This document shows positions 8,841 through 17,459 of a stretch of DNA of 29,315 nucleotides, in pieces. How positions within the stretch are numbered: the stretch's first letter is position 1; each line of letters opens with the position of its first letter. The DNA lies in NCBI GenBank assembly GCA_035946105.1, contig DASYZN010000185.1, positions 1 through 29,315 on the forward strand. The letters are read 5' to 3'. The stretch comes from Thermoplasmata archaeon (GTDB taxonomy: Archaea; Thermoplasmatota; Thermoplasmata; Lutacidiplasmatales; UBA184). The notes below the pieces were generated by a model. That model searched no databases, had not been told where the DNA came from, and saw only the letters and a program-made list of their open reading frames with translations. The position numbers were made by a program, and so were the translations under genes.

Positions 8841-9563
8841 ATGCTCGACCGGTCCTCGCCCCCCTCCTTCGGCCCGGGAGGGGGGGAGTCGCGGGCGACC
8901 GACCTTCATCGGGCCGGGACGCTCCTCAGCCTTTCCGGGATCGTCTTCCTGCTTACCGTCATGGTCCTCGAAGCGCTCTCGCCGGGCTACAGCACCCATC
9001 ACAACACGATCAGCGACCTCCTAGCCGTCGGCACGGGAACCTCCCTCCTCGGCGAGCCGATGATCTTCCTGGCGGCGATGTGCTGGATCGGGGGAGCGTA
9101 CTTCCTCTTCCGGCGCACCGGTCAACCGGGGTGGCTCGCGCTCAACCTCCTCCCGGGGACGGGCCTCCTCCTGGCTGTCCTCTCACCGGAGAACGTGAAC
9201 CTCGCCGTCCATTCGTTGGGAGCCGTCCTCGCCTTCGTCCCCGGGCCGATCTCGGCCCTGCTGTCCTATCGGAGGCTCCGCTCGCCGTTCCGCTATCTCG
9301 CGCTCGCGCTCGGTGCGATCAGCCTCGCGGGGACGGCGATCTTCTTCGGAGCGTACGAGACCCCCCTGGTCCAGCAGGGGTTGGGTCCCGGCGGTTGGGA
9401 ACGGGTGATCGTCTACCCCCTCTTCCTCTGGCTGATCGGCCTCGGGAGCGATCGGCTCAGGGCATCGACCGAACGGACGCCGGGGTCGCCGAGGGTCGAG
9501 GCGGGGTTCGCGCCGGAGGGTCCGCTGGATCCGGGGGCATCGTCTTCCTTCGGAACTTCGTGA
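8841..9563 (+). CDS. DUF998 family membrane protein
   Basis: PGYS..HNTISDL near the N-terminus, GG.ER.IVYP..LW near the C-terminus, and about 6 TM segments. Confidence 0.78.
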   Translation: MLDRSSPPSFGPGGGESRATDLHRAGTLLSLSGIVFLLTVMVLEALSPGYSTHHNTISDLLAVGTGTSLLGEPMIFLAAMCWIGGAYFLFRRTGQPGWLALNLLPGTGLLLAVLSPENVNLAVHSLGAVLAFVPGPISALLSYRRLRSPFRYLALALGAISLAGTAIFFGAYETPLVQQGLGPGGWERVIVYPLFLWLIGLGSDRLRASTERTPGSPRVEAGFAPEGPLDPGASSSFGTS

Positions 9564-11790
9564 CGGCCCACAGCGCCAGCACCAGGAGCGCCAGCAAGAT
9601 CGTTCCGAGGAGGAGATATCCCTCGGTCGGAGGAATCCCGAACCAGGCGGGAGGCGCCGATCCGTTCGTTGGAGCCGCGCCGGATCCGCGGATCGTGACG
9701 CTGAGGTCCTCGGATACAGAGGCATTGGCGCTATCGTTCGCCCAGACGATCACCCCGTACCTCCCGGCGCTCGCATACCCATGGAACGGGCTCGCGACGA
9801 CGTCCCGTGAGCCATCGCCGAACAGCCAGGTCCAGTGGAATGGCGCCGTCCCGCCGGATTGGGCCGCCGAGAAGGTCAGTGCGTTCCTGACCACGGGATC
9901 TCCCACGACCGTCGGAAGAGCGAGTCCGAGCGTTGGGTTCACCTCGAACGGGACGGAGGCAGACCTCGTCGCAACCCCAAGGGAGTCGGTGACCTGTACG
10001 GTAACGGAATATCGACCGAAGACGGTCAAGGAGCAGGCGATCGAGGCTCCGGACGTTGGGCAGCCGGTCGGGATCCCGAACCATTCGAACGCATACCCTC
10101 CGGATCCCTGAGATCCGGTCGCCGTCAAGACGAGGGTCTGGCCCACGTCGTACGATCCACGGGGGAGACGCACACTCGCTAAGGGACCCGGCGAGCTCAC
10201 GAGCCGGATCGAGGAGCTCACGGATCGGCCGAGACCGTCCGTCACCGTCAGGGTGACGGAGTAGGTTCCCGCCCCCGTGGGGGTGCAGACAAGCAGCGAG
10301 GTTCCCAAGTGATCCCCCAGAGTGAAGTTCACGGAGGGATCGCACCCCAAACCGTTCGGAGGGACCGAAGCGTACGTGGCGGTGTCCGTGCCGTCCCCGA
10401 TCCCCCAGAGCGTTGCGTTGAGCTCGACGCGTTGACCGACCTCAAGTGAATGAGGAGGGCTCCCGGCGGCGATCGCCGACACCGGACCCTCAGCGAGGAG
10501 GGTCGAGATCACCGAGATCGCGGTGCCGACTCCGTTGCCGAAGTCGGCCACATAGATCCACCCTGTGAACGGGTCATAGACCTCGCCCGTGGGCCCACCA
10601 CCCACGGTGAGGGTTGCGGCGACGAAGGTGCGGTTGATCACCGTGACGTACCGTCCGCCACCGAAGTCGTCCGTGTGCGGGACGTAGAGGTACCCATTGT
10701 CTGGGTCGAAGAGGGGCGTCACGAGGCTGGTGGAGGTGTTGCCGACGCCGATCGTCACCTGTATGTGGGTGTCATTCAGGACGGTCACGTTGCCCTGTCC
10801 ATAGAGGGTCGCGAAGTAGGCCCATCCATTCCGCGGGTCGATTGCCGCCGGAACCGGGTCGCCCCACACCGGGACCGAAGCGATCCGGGTTAACCCATCG
10901 ATGACGTCCACAAAGGTCGGAGCCGAATTCGCCGTCGAGGCCATGATGAGACCGTTGAAGGGATCGAACGTCACGTAGAAGGGGGTCCCACTGAGGTTTA
11001 CAATGGTGGCCACGGCCGTCGATCCGTTCAGGACGGTGAGGTTTCGTGAACTGGAATCGGCAACGTACACCCATCCGTTCCGGGAATCGAATGCCTCCGC
11101 ACTAGGGCCAGGACCAACGGTTGCGGTGGCCACCACCCGGGTGCCGACGATTACCGATACGGTGCTCGAATTGTAGTTGGCAACATCCATCGAGCCGTGC
11201 GCGGCGTCGAAGACGATGGCGCCCGGTTGTCCTCCGACCGGGATCGAGGCTATCAGCGTTGTGTTGCTTAGGACGCTCACGTTGTTGGATGACCCATCTG
11301 CGACGTAGACAAGGCCATTTTTCGGGTCTAGAGCGAGTGCTGTGGGGCCGGGGTCCGTAGTCACGGTGGCCACGATGGCCGAGCCCGAGAGGATTGTGAC
11401 GTCGTTCGAGTCGGAATGAGAGAAGTAGGCGAGCCGATTCCCTGGATCGAAGAGCCCAAAGTCCGGACCAGCGCTCACTGGGATGCTCCTCACGACCGTC
11501 CCGGATTCGTAGACCCTCGAGAGATTCGCGGACGAGAGGCTCTGCCGAGCCCCCGCGGTGAGAGGGTGGTACGTCGGTCCCGGAGAGTTCGCGGGGAGCT
11601 CGTCCGGAACGGAGGCGCCTTGCGCCATGAGTGATCTGGGAATCTTCCAGGCCGAACCGATCGGGGAGTGATGCGAGCCCGGCGGAGAAGGAGACGATTC
11701 ACTTCGGGCGCTCAGGGACGAGGCGAGGAGAAGGCACGCGAGAACGGCGAGAGCGATCCCTCGGCGCGAGGAGAGCGCCTGCCCCTTCAT
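9457..11790 (-). CDS. Secreted YVTN/YncE beta-propeller plus PKD-domain cell-surface glycoprotein
   Basis: Signal peptide; eight blades of the form ..V..GP....FDP.NG.VYVA......V.V; PKD motifs (W.FGDG, H.YA..G.Y.V); C-terminal TM helix; many N-x-S/T sequons. Confidence 0.9.
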   Translation of the reverse strand: MKGQALSSRRGIALAVLACLLLASSLSARSESSPSPPGSHHSPIGSAWKIPRSLMAQGASVPDELPANSPGPTYHPLTAGARQSLSSANLSRVYESGTVVRSIPVSAGPDFGLFDPGNRLAYFSHSDSNDVTILSGSAIVATVTTDPGPTALALDPKNGLVYVADGSSNNVSVLSNTTLIASIPVGGQPGAIVFDAAHGSMDVANYNSSTVSVIVGTRVVATATVGPGPSAEAFDSRNGWVYVADSSSRNLTVLNGSTAVATIVNLSGTPFYVTFDPFNGLIMASTANSAPTFVDVIDGLTRIASVPVWGDPVPAAIDPRNGWAYFATLYGQGNVTVLNDTHIQVTIGVGNTSTSLVTPLFDPDNGYLYVPHTDDFGGGRYVTVINRTFVAATLTVGGGPTGEVYDPFTGWIYVADFGNGVGTAISVISTLLAEGPVSAIAAGSPPHSLEVGQRVELNATLWGIGDGTDTATYASVPPNGLGCDPSVNFTLGDHLGTSLLVCTPTGAGTYSVTLTVTDGLGRSVSSSIRLVSSPGPLASVRLPRGSYDVGQTLVLTATGSQGSGGYAFEWFGIPTGCPTSGASIACSLTVFGRYSVTVQVTDSLGVATRSASVPFEVNPTLGLALPTVVGDPVVRNALTFSAAQSGGTAPFHWTWLFGDGSRDVVASPFHGYASAGRYGVIVWANDSANASVSEDLSVTIRGSGAAPTNGSAPPAWFGIPPTEGYLLLGTILLALLVLALWAVTKFRRKTMPPDPADPPARTPPRPSATPASVRSMP

Positions 11791-11972
11791 GGATGCCCCC
11801 AGTTCGAGAGAACGGATTACGACGCCTCAAAGCCCGTAGGCAGCTCATGACCAGTCCCTCAGGGGACCAAGCTACTGCCCCCTCGGCGTCCGATCCTACC
11901 GAAGGGCGAAGTGGAAGGGATTAAGGACCATCAGCCCCCATCCCCCGCGACCGAATTGGGAAGCGGGTTCCG

Positions 11973-13034
11973 ATGAAGATTGTCGTCGTGCTTTATCCGG
12001 GAGGCGCCGCTGCGAAATCGACCCCCGAGCTACTGGGGGCCGCCGAGAACGCCCTCGGGCTTCGACCGTACCTCGAACCGCTCGGCCACGAGCTCGTGGT
12101 GCTGACGGAGAAGGAGCGCGACCTCGACCACCACCTCCCGACAACCGACGTGCTGGTCACGACGCCGTTCTGGCCCGCCTATGTGACCCGGGAGCGGATC
12201 GCGAAGTCCCCCAAGCTGAAGCTCGTCCTCACCGCGGGGGTCGGCTCGGACCACATCGACCTCGGCGCGGCGGCCGATCGGGGGGTCACGGTGGCCGAGA
12301 TCACCGGCTCGAACGTGGTGAGCGTCGCCGAGCACGCCGTCATGCAGATCCTCGCCCTGGTCCGAAACTACCTCCCCGCGCACCGCCAGGTCCTCGAGGG
12401 ACGATGGGACATCGCCGAGGTCGCCGCACGCTCGCACGACCTCGAAGGCAAGGTCGTGGGCATCGTCGGTGCGGGACGGATCGGCCAGCGGACGGCGATC
12501 CGGCTGAAGCCGTTCGACGTCCACACGCTCTACTACGACTACCGACGCCTGTCGACGGTCGAGGAGCAGGTGCTCGGGGTCTCCTATGCACTCCTCGACG
12601 ACCTCATCCCGCGATGCGACGTGATCACGCTCCATTGCCCTCTGACACCCGAGACCGAGGGGCTGTTCAGCCGCGAGCGCCTGTTCGCGATGAAGCGCGG
12701 CGCGCATCTCGTCAACACGGCCCGGGGGAAGCTCGTGAACACCGCGGCCCTCGTCGAAGCCCTCGAGAAGGGCCACCTCGCGGGGTACGCCGGGGACGTC
12801 TGGTATCCCCAACCCGCCCCGGTCGACCACCCGTGGAGGAAGATGCCGAACCACGGCCTCACGGTCCACGTGTCGGGAACGACCCTGGAGGCCCAGAAGC
12901 GCTACTCCGATGGGGTCCGGGACTGCCTCGCAAGGTTCTTCGCCGGGCGCCCCCTCGAGCGCGACTACGTGATCGTCGAGGGGGGCAAGGTCGTGAGCCC
13001 GAGCTACAGCTACGCGTTCCGGACCCCCGGTTGA
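11973..13034 (+). CDS. fdh: NAD-dependent (metal-independent) formate dehydrogenase
   Basis: PFWPAY, TAGVGSDHID, GSNVVSVAEH, GAGRIG, NTARG, GDVWYPQPAP.DHPWR, and H.SGTTL.AQ.RY. Confidence 0.95.
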   Translation: MKIVVVLYPGGAAAKSTPELLGAAENALGLRPYLEPLGHELVVLTEKERDLDHHLPTTDVLVTTPFWPAYVTRERIAKSPKLKLVLTAGVGSDHIDLGAAADRGVTVAEITGSNVVSVAEHAVMQILALVRNYLPAHRQVLEGRWDIAEVAARSHDLEGKVVGIVGAGRIGQRTAIRLKPFDVHTLYYDYRRLSTVEEQVLGVSYALLDDLIPRCDVITLHCPLTPETEGLFSRERLFAMKRGAHLVNTARGKLVNTAALVEALEKGHLAGYAGDVWYPQPAPVDHPWRKMPNHGLTVHVSGTTLEAQKRYSDGVRDCLARFFAGRPLERDYVIVEGGKVVSPSYSYAFRTPG

Positions 13035-13083
13035 GCCCCCCGCCCCCCAGGGGCCCGTCCGGAGGCGGCCCTCGCAGGCCCTT

Positions 13084-13107
13084 GTTGTAGCGGGCGTAGC
13101 CTACAAC
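13084..13107. promoter_or_regulatory. Palindromic operator GTTGTAG-N10-CTACAAC upstream of the small DUF1059-like gene
   Basis: A perfect 7-bp inverted repeat with a 10-nt spacer, followed 2 nt later by a TATA-like TTCATCA. A second copy lies at 14284-14307. Confidence 0.6.
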
Positions 13108-13165
13108 GGTTCATCACCCCCGTCCGGGTTCCCCCGATGCCGCCTAGCGGCAGTAGGGAACGAAC

Positions 13166-13324
13166 ATGGGATGCGGACGACTCAAGCTGGCCTGCGACGA
13201 CGGATTCGAGGTCGTGACGAAGGACCACAAGGAACTCGTGGCCGTCACCCAGTGGCACCTCGAGCATACCCACCACAAGAAGGCCTCCGAAGCCGAGATC
13301 ATGGGGATGGCCAAGCACCCGTAG
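13166..13324 (+). CDS. 52-aa DUF1059-like small metal-binding protein (absent from the ORF track)
   Basis: Hand translation gives MGCGRLKLACDDGFEVVTKDHKELVAVTQWHLEHTHHKKASEAEIMGMAKHP*. The C..GFEV.....EL......H....H pattern matches DUF1059-type proteins, and codon usage is host-like. Confidence 0.7.
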   Translation: MGCGRLKLACDDGFEVVTKDHKELVAVTQWHLEHTHHKKASEAEIMGMAKHP

Positions 13325-13342
13325 GGTAGACCGAACGAACCC

Positions 13343-13377
13343 GGGGCCCCGCCCCGACATCGCCGGGCGGGGACCCC
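13343..13377. terminator. GC-rich hairpin between convergent genes (possible terminator or processing site)
   Basis: GGGGCCCCGCCCCG-acatcgc-CGGGCGGGGACCCC pairs with small bulges. There is no U-tract, so function is unproven. Confidence 0.25.
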
Positions 13378-14238
13378 CTAAAGGACGCCCCGGACCCGGC
13401 GGGATCGAAGGCCGCTAGGAGACCTGGGGGAGGTGGGGATCGCCGGCCGTCCCCTCGCCCAGACCGATCTGAAGTAGGCGACCTGGCCGAAGACGAAGTC
13501 CGGAGTATCGGTCCAGAGCGCGATCTCCTCGACCCCGGGCCCGCTCGCCTCCGGCACGAGGAACACCATCACCTCGCGGTCGTCGACGATGGTCACCCGG
13601 CTCGGCTGGGGGTCGACGGTGCGGACCTGCGCCCCCGGGTAGCGGTGGCCCGCGCGCCCGAACCGCCGGGCGAGGGCGGACCCGAGCGGGGTCGGGGGGT
13701 GCAGGACCCAGAGGCGGCCGCCCCGGCCGAGGAACGCAGGCAGCTCGGTATCGAGCCCGAACCGGGCCGACTCCTCGAGGGCGCGCGCCGTGATCATGAC
13801 CCTCAGCTCCCGCTGGGCGTGGCGGACCATCTCCCGAAGGTGCGGGTAGACCGAGGGGGCTCCCGTGAGCAGCTGGTACCTGGGGGCGCCTCCCAGCGGC
13901 CCGTAGTTCAGCTCCGGCAGCGACTCCGCGAGGCGCTGCGCGAGCCCGGCATCCTCCTCGAGGGTCCGCCGCCGTTCTAAGAGGCTCCGCTCGAGGAGGA
14001 TCCCCGGCGGGATCGGGACGTACCGTCGGGGTCGCTCCGGCGTCACCTGGACGAGGCCGCGGGCCCGCATGGCGTCGAGCGTCCGGTAGGCGAGGACCCG
14101 GTCGACCGGGGCGTCCCTAAGGAGCTCGCGCGCCGTCGAGCGCCCCCGGCGGAGCAGGAAGAGGTAGAACCGCGCCTCCCGATCGGTGAAGCCGAAGCGG
14201 CCCATCGCCGCGAGCAGGTCCTTCCATTCCATCGTCAC
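13378..14238 (-). CDS. TrmB family transcriptional regulator
   Basis: N-terminal wHTH (GFTDREARFY..LL..G.STA.EL......R..AY..L..M...GLV....RP..Y) plus a PLD-fold-like effector domain (R.TIVD.RE). Confidence 0.9.
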   Translation of the reverse strand: MTMEWKDLLAAMGRFGFTDREARFYLFLLRRGRSTARELLRDAPVDRVLAYRTLDAMRARGLVQVTPERPRRYVPIPPGILLERSLLERRRTLEEDAGLAQRLAESLPELNYGPLGGAPRYQLLTGAPSVYPHLREMVRHAQRELRVMITARALEESARFGLDTELPAFLGRGGRLWVLHPPTPLGSALARRFGRAGHRYPGAQVRTVDPQPSRVTIVDDREVMVFLVPEASGPGVEEIALWTDTPDFVFGQVAYFRSVWARGRPAIPTSPRSPSGLRSRRVRGVL

Positions 14239-14283
14239 GGGCGGTCCTACCGGGTCCGCCCCGAGGGCAGTCCGCCATATACG

Positions 14284-14307
14284 CTAGTAGACACCAAGCG
14301 CTACAAC
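14284..14307. promoter_or_regulatory. Second copy of the palindromic operator, upstream of the TrmB gene
   Basis: On the minus strand it reads GTTGTAG-CGCTTGGTGT-CTACTAG, followed 2 nt later by TATATGG. Confidence 0.6.
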
Positions 14308-14359
14308 CAGGTCCCCGGCGGCGGAGCCTTCGGCCCCCGTCCGTCCCCGGCCGCCCGGT

Positions 14360-15361
14360 TCAGGCCGTCACGCGCGCCGGGGACATCCAGGCGCTCTTCG
14401 TCACGACCGCGCCCGTCGCGCTGTCGACCCGGGCGAGCACCCCCGCGGCCCGTCCGAGCATCGAGAACTCGAGGGAGTACCAGAAGACGGTGAAGTGGTC
14501 CGGGGCCTCCCGGACCTCGGCGAAGTGGTGCGTCTCGGCGAGGACCCAGCCCTCCTTCAGGGACGGCCCGTAGCTCCGCTCGAGCGCCTCCCCCACCCCC
14601 GAGACCGGTCGGCCGCTCGCCTCCCCGATGCCGAACTCGAGCGTCCGCGGGTTCACCTGGGCCCCCGAGAGGACCCGGTAGTCGGCCGTGCGCAGTCTTC
14701 GGCGGCCCCCCTCGATGCGGTCGTCGGCCAGGAGGAAGACGAACGGATTCCCCCTCGGGATCACCGCGCGGTACCCCTCCCGACGCTGGACGATGCCGGC
14801 CCGCCATCGGCCGATCCCCCGGACCGAGAGGTACGTGCCATAGACGGCGAGGAGCAGCCAGGCCGTCGCCTCCCAGAAGGCGACGGGGACGCGCCCGCGC
14901 TCGTAGATCATGAGCCAGAAGGAGAACCCGGTGAACGCGAGGGTCCCGAGGTTGATCGCCCGGTCCGCATCGAGATGGAACTCCCACTCCGAGAACGGGG
15001 CGAACGGGGGGACGGCGTAGTGGGTGAACCCGTCGAGGAAGACGTGGCTCAGCCCCCCCGCCTCCATGGCGAGGAAGTAGAGGACCCACGATCCGGCGGC
15101 GAAGGCGCTCCCGAGGACGTCGGCGAGCACGATCGGGACCAGGAACGCCCCGGCGAGGGCGACGATCGTCACCCCGGTGATCGAATGGGTGATCCCGTGG
15201 TGGCGCAATAGCGGAAACCGTCGGGCGAGCGGGAAGAAGAGCGCGTCGGCGTCCGGGAGGCCCCCCGCGAGGGCGCCGGCGGCGATGTACTGGAGGCCCG
15301 TCGGCCCCCAGAGCCCGAACGAGAGCAGGTAGGCGACGAGGACGTGGGTGAAGAGGTCCAT
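14360..15361 (-). CDS. Membrane-bound metal-dependent hydrolase (YdjM/DUF457-like)
   Basis: MD..TH, LPD.D, HHGITHS and SH.FLD motifs with several TM segments. Start set at MDLFTH (15361). Confidence 0.85.
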   Translation of the reverse strand: MDLFTHVLVAYLLSFGLWGPTGLQYIAAGALAGGLPDADALFFPLARRFPLLRHHGITHSITGVTIVALAGAFLVPIVLADVLGSAFAAGSWVLYFLAMEAGGLSHVFLDGFTHYAVPPFAPFSEWEFHLDADRAINLGTLAFTGFSFWLMIYERGRVPVAFWEATAWLLLAVYGTYLSVRGIGRWRAGIVQRREGYRAVIPRGNPFVFLLADDRIEGGRRRLRTADYRVLSGAQVNPRTLEFGIGEASGRPVSGVGEALERSYGPSLKEGWVLAETHHFAEVREAPDHFTVFWYSLEFSMLGRAAGVLARVDSATGAVVTKSAWMSPARVTA

Positions 15362-15419
15362 CGGTCGGAGGGGTACCGGCCCGGGGGGAAAACGGCTCGG
15401 AGGGACTCGAGGGGAGCCG

Positions 15420-16766
15420 TCAGCCGCCGGCCGTCCCCTTCCCGAGGCGCTCGAGGAAGCGATCGAGGACGTGGGCGAGCCGCCCGTCGAGGTCGTCGTA
15501 CTCGTAGCGGACCGGGACGATCGGCGGGACCCCCCGGACAAGCCGCCGCAGGTCGACGGGGCTCCCGTCGACGACGAACTCCGCCCCCGACGCGCGGATC
15601 GTCGCCTCGAGGTCGGTGATCTGGGCGGCCGAATACCCCATCGCCGGCAGGATCCGGTGGAGATGGGGGTAGGAATCGTAGACCGTCCGGAGGCTCCCGA
15701 CGGCGAACGGGTGGGGGTCGAGGATCTCGGCGCCGTGGGCCTTCGCGAGGAGGGTGCCGGCGCCCGTATCGAGGCCCCCGTGGGTCACCGTCGGCCCGTC
15801 CTCGACGACGAGGGTCCGGCGCCCTCGGAGGCGTTCGGGGTCGTCCGCGGAGATCCGCAGCGCCCCGCGCAGTCTGGGCGCCGAGGGGTTGACCGACGCG
15901 GCGTTCGCCTCCACCGTCGCGATGTCCTCGGGGCGGGCGGAGTCGGTCTTGCTGACGAGGACGACGTCGGCCATTCGGAGGTTCGCCTCGCCGGGATGGT
16001 AGGAGAGCTCGTGGCCGGCGCGGTGCGGATCGACGAGGACGAGGTGGAGATCGGAGACGAAGAACGGGAGATCGTTGTTCCCGCCGTCCCAAATGACGAG
16101 GTCGGATTCGGATTCCGCCGCCCGCAGGATCCGCTCGTAGTCGACGCCCGCGAAGACAACCATCCCGGCCTTGAGGTGGGGCTCGTACTCCTCCCGTTCC
16201 TCGATGGTGCAGTGCGCCCGGTCGAGGTCGGAGAGGTCGGCGAAGCGCTGGACGGCCTGGGCCGCCAGGTCCCCGTAGGGCATCGGATGGCGCACGATAG
16301 CGACCCGCCGGCCCCGCTGTCGAAGGTACTGGGAGACGAATCGGGTCACCGGGCTTTTGCCGACGCCCGTGCGGACCGCGCCGATGCTCACGACCGGGCG
16401 GCTCGAGCGGAGCATCGTCTCGGCCGGGCCGGGGAGCAGGAAGCTCGCGCCGGCGGCGAGGGCGACCGACGCCTTGTGCATGACGTCGAGGTGAGAGAGG
16501 TCGGAGTAGGAGAGCACGACCAGGGTCACGTGGTCCCTTCGGACGAGTTCCGCCAGCTCGGACTCGGGGACGATCGGGATGCCGTTCGGGTAGAGGGGGC
16601 CCGAGAGCGCCGGCGGGTAGGAGCGGCCGGCGATGTCCGGGATCTGGGCCGCGGTGAAGGCGACGACCTCGAATTCCGGTCGATCGCGGTAGAGCCGGTT
16701 GAAGTTGTGGAAGTCCCGACCCGCGGCGCCCAGGAGGATCACGCGTTGGCGGGCCATGCCGGCCAT
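15420..16766 (-). CDS. COG2403 P-loop enzyme (cyclic 2,3-diphosphoglycerate synthetase-like; arginine synthetase ArcE-like)
   Basis: GAAGRDFHNFN, VAFTA.QIP.I.GR.YP, YSD.SH..VMH, Walker A AVRTGVGKS, RHPMPYGDL, IEEREEYEPH, WDGGNND, and VEDGPT.THGG. Confidence 0.85.
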   Translation of the reverse strand: MAGMARQRVILLGAAGRDFHNFNRLYRDRPEFEVVAFTAAQIPDIAGRSYPPALSGPLYPNGIPIVPESELAELVRRDHVTLVVLSYSDLSHLDVMHKASVALAAGASFLLPGPAETMLRSSRPVVSIGAVRTGVGKSPVTRFVSQYLRQRGRRVAIVRHPMPYGDLAAQAVQRFADLSDLDRAHCTIEEREEYEPHLKAGMVVFAGVDYERILRAAESESDLVIWDGGNNDLPFFVSDLHLVLVDPHRAGHELSYHPGEANLRMADVVLVSKTDSARPEDIATVEANAASVNPSAPRLRGALRISADDPERLRGRRTLVVEDGPTVTHGGLDTGAGTLLAKAHGAEILDPHPFAVGSLRTVYDSYPHLHRILPAMGYSAAQITDLEATIRASGAEFVVDGSPVDLRRLVRGVPPIVPVRYEYDDLDGRLAHVLDRFLERLGKGTAGG

Positions 16767-17153
16767 GGGGGGCGCGCCGAGAAATAGGTGGCGGGGGCGC
16801 TCCGTTCCGGTTTCGCCGCCGGCCGCTCAGCCCTCCCGATCGGGGGAAACCCCCGGGCCGACCGGGCCGATGGAGGGAGCGCCGTCCTCTCCGCTTCCGT
16901 CGTCGGGGTGCCCGGGCTCGAACGGTCTCACCGGCTTCCGGGGGACTCGCCCCCGTTCGCTGGACCGATGACGCACCCGGACGAGCCGAAGACGGACGGT
17001 GCGCCCCGGCCGAACGCCGTGGGCCGCGCAGCCGTCCTGGGTCGACTCCCCGAGGTCAGGATCCCGTCCGCCGGCCGCCCATGCGCCGGGCCACCTCGTC
17101 CCTGCCTCCTTCGTTCGGCGAGCCCGACCGGGCAGGGCCGCGCAGGAGCGATG

Positions 17154-17459
17154 TCAGGGTTTCGAGACCGATCGGGGAGGATCGGCCGGTGCTTTCCGTT
17201 GGGCCTGCCGAGGGAAATGGACGAACACGAGGTAGGCGAGGATCGCGACGTACAGGACGAGACCCCCCCCGATCGCCAGGGCGACGTTCTCCCAGACCCG
17301 GGAGGTGCCGGCATCTTGGAGGTAGCCGAGCAGCCCCGACCCGACGACCGTGAACCCGACGCCGAGGGCGATCTGGGCGGTGGTCGGGCGGCGCCGGTAG
17401 AAGACGGCCGAGATGAGTCCGGGGGCGAACATCGGCCGGGGGAGCGGGCGCCGGTACAT
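17154..17459 (-). CDS. Small two-TM hypothetical membrane protein
   Basis: Two clear hydrophobic helices (IALGVGFTVVGSGLLGYL; VALAIGGGLVLYVAILAYLVFV). No family recognised. Confidence 0.55.
   Translation of the reverse strand: MYRRPLPRPMFAPGLISAVFYRRRPTTAQIALGVGFTVVGSGLLGYLQDAGTSRVWENVALAIGGGLVLYVAILAYLVFVHFPRQAQRKAPADPPRSVSKP

Noticed and set aside
11800-11972. TrmB operator upstream of fdh
   Set aside because: No GTAG-N10-CTAC is present, so there is no evidence that fdh belongs to the TrmB regulon.
16790-17150. RNase P RNA, SRP RNA or fluoride riboswitch
   Set aside because: The conserved signatures (GAGGAAAGUCC, the SRP helix-8 motif, the crcB motif) are absent on both strands.
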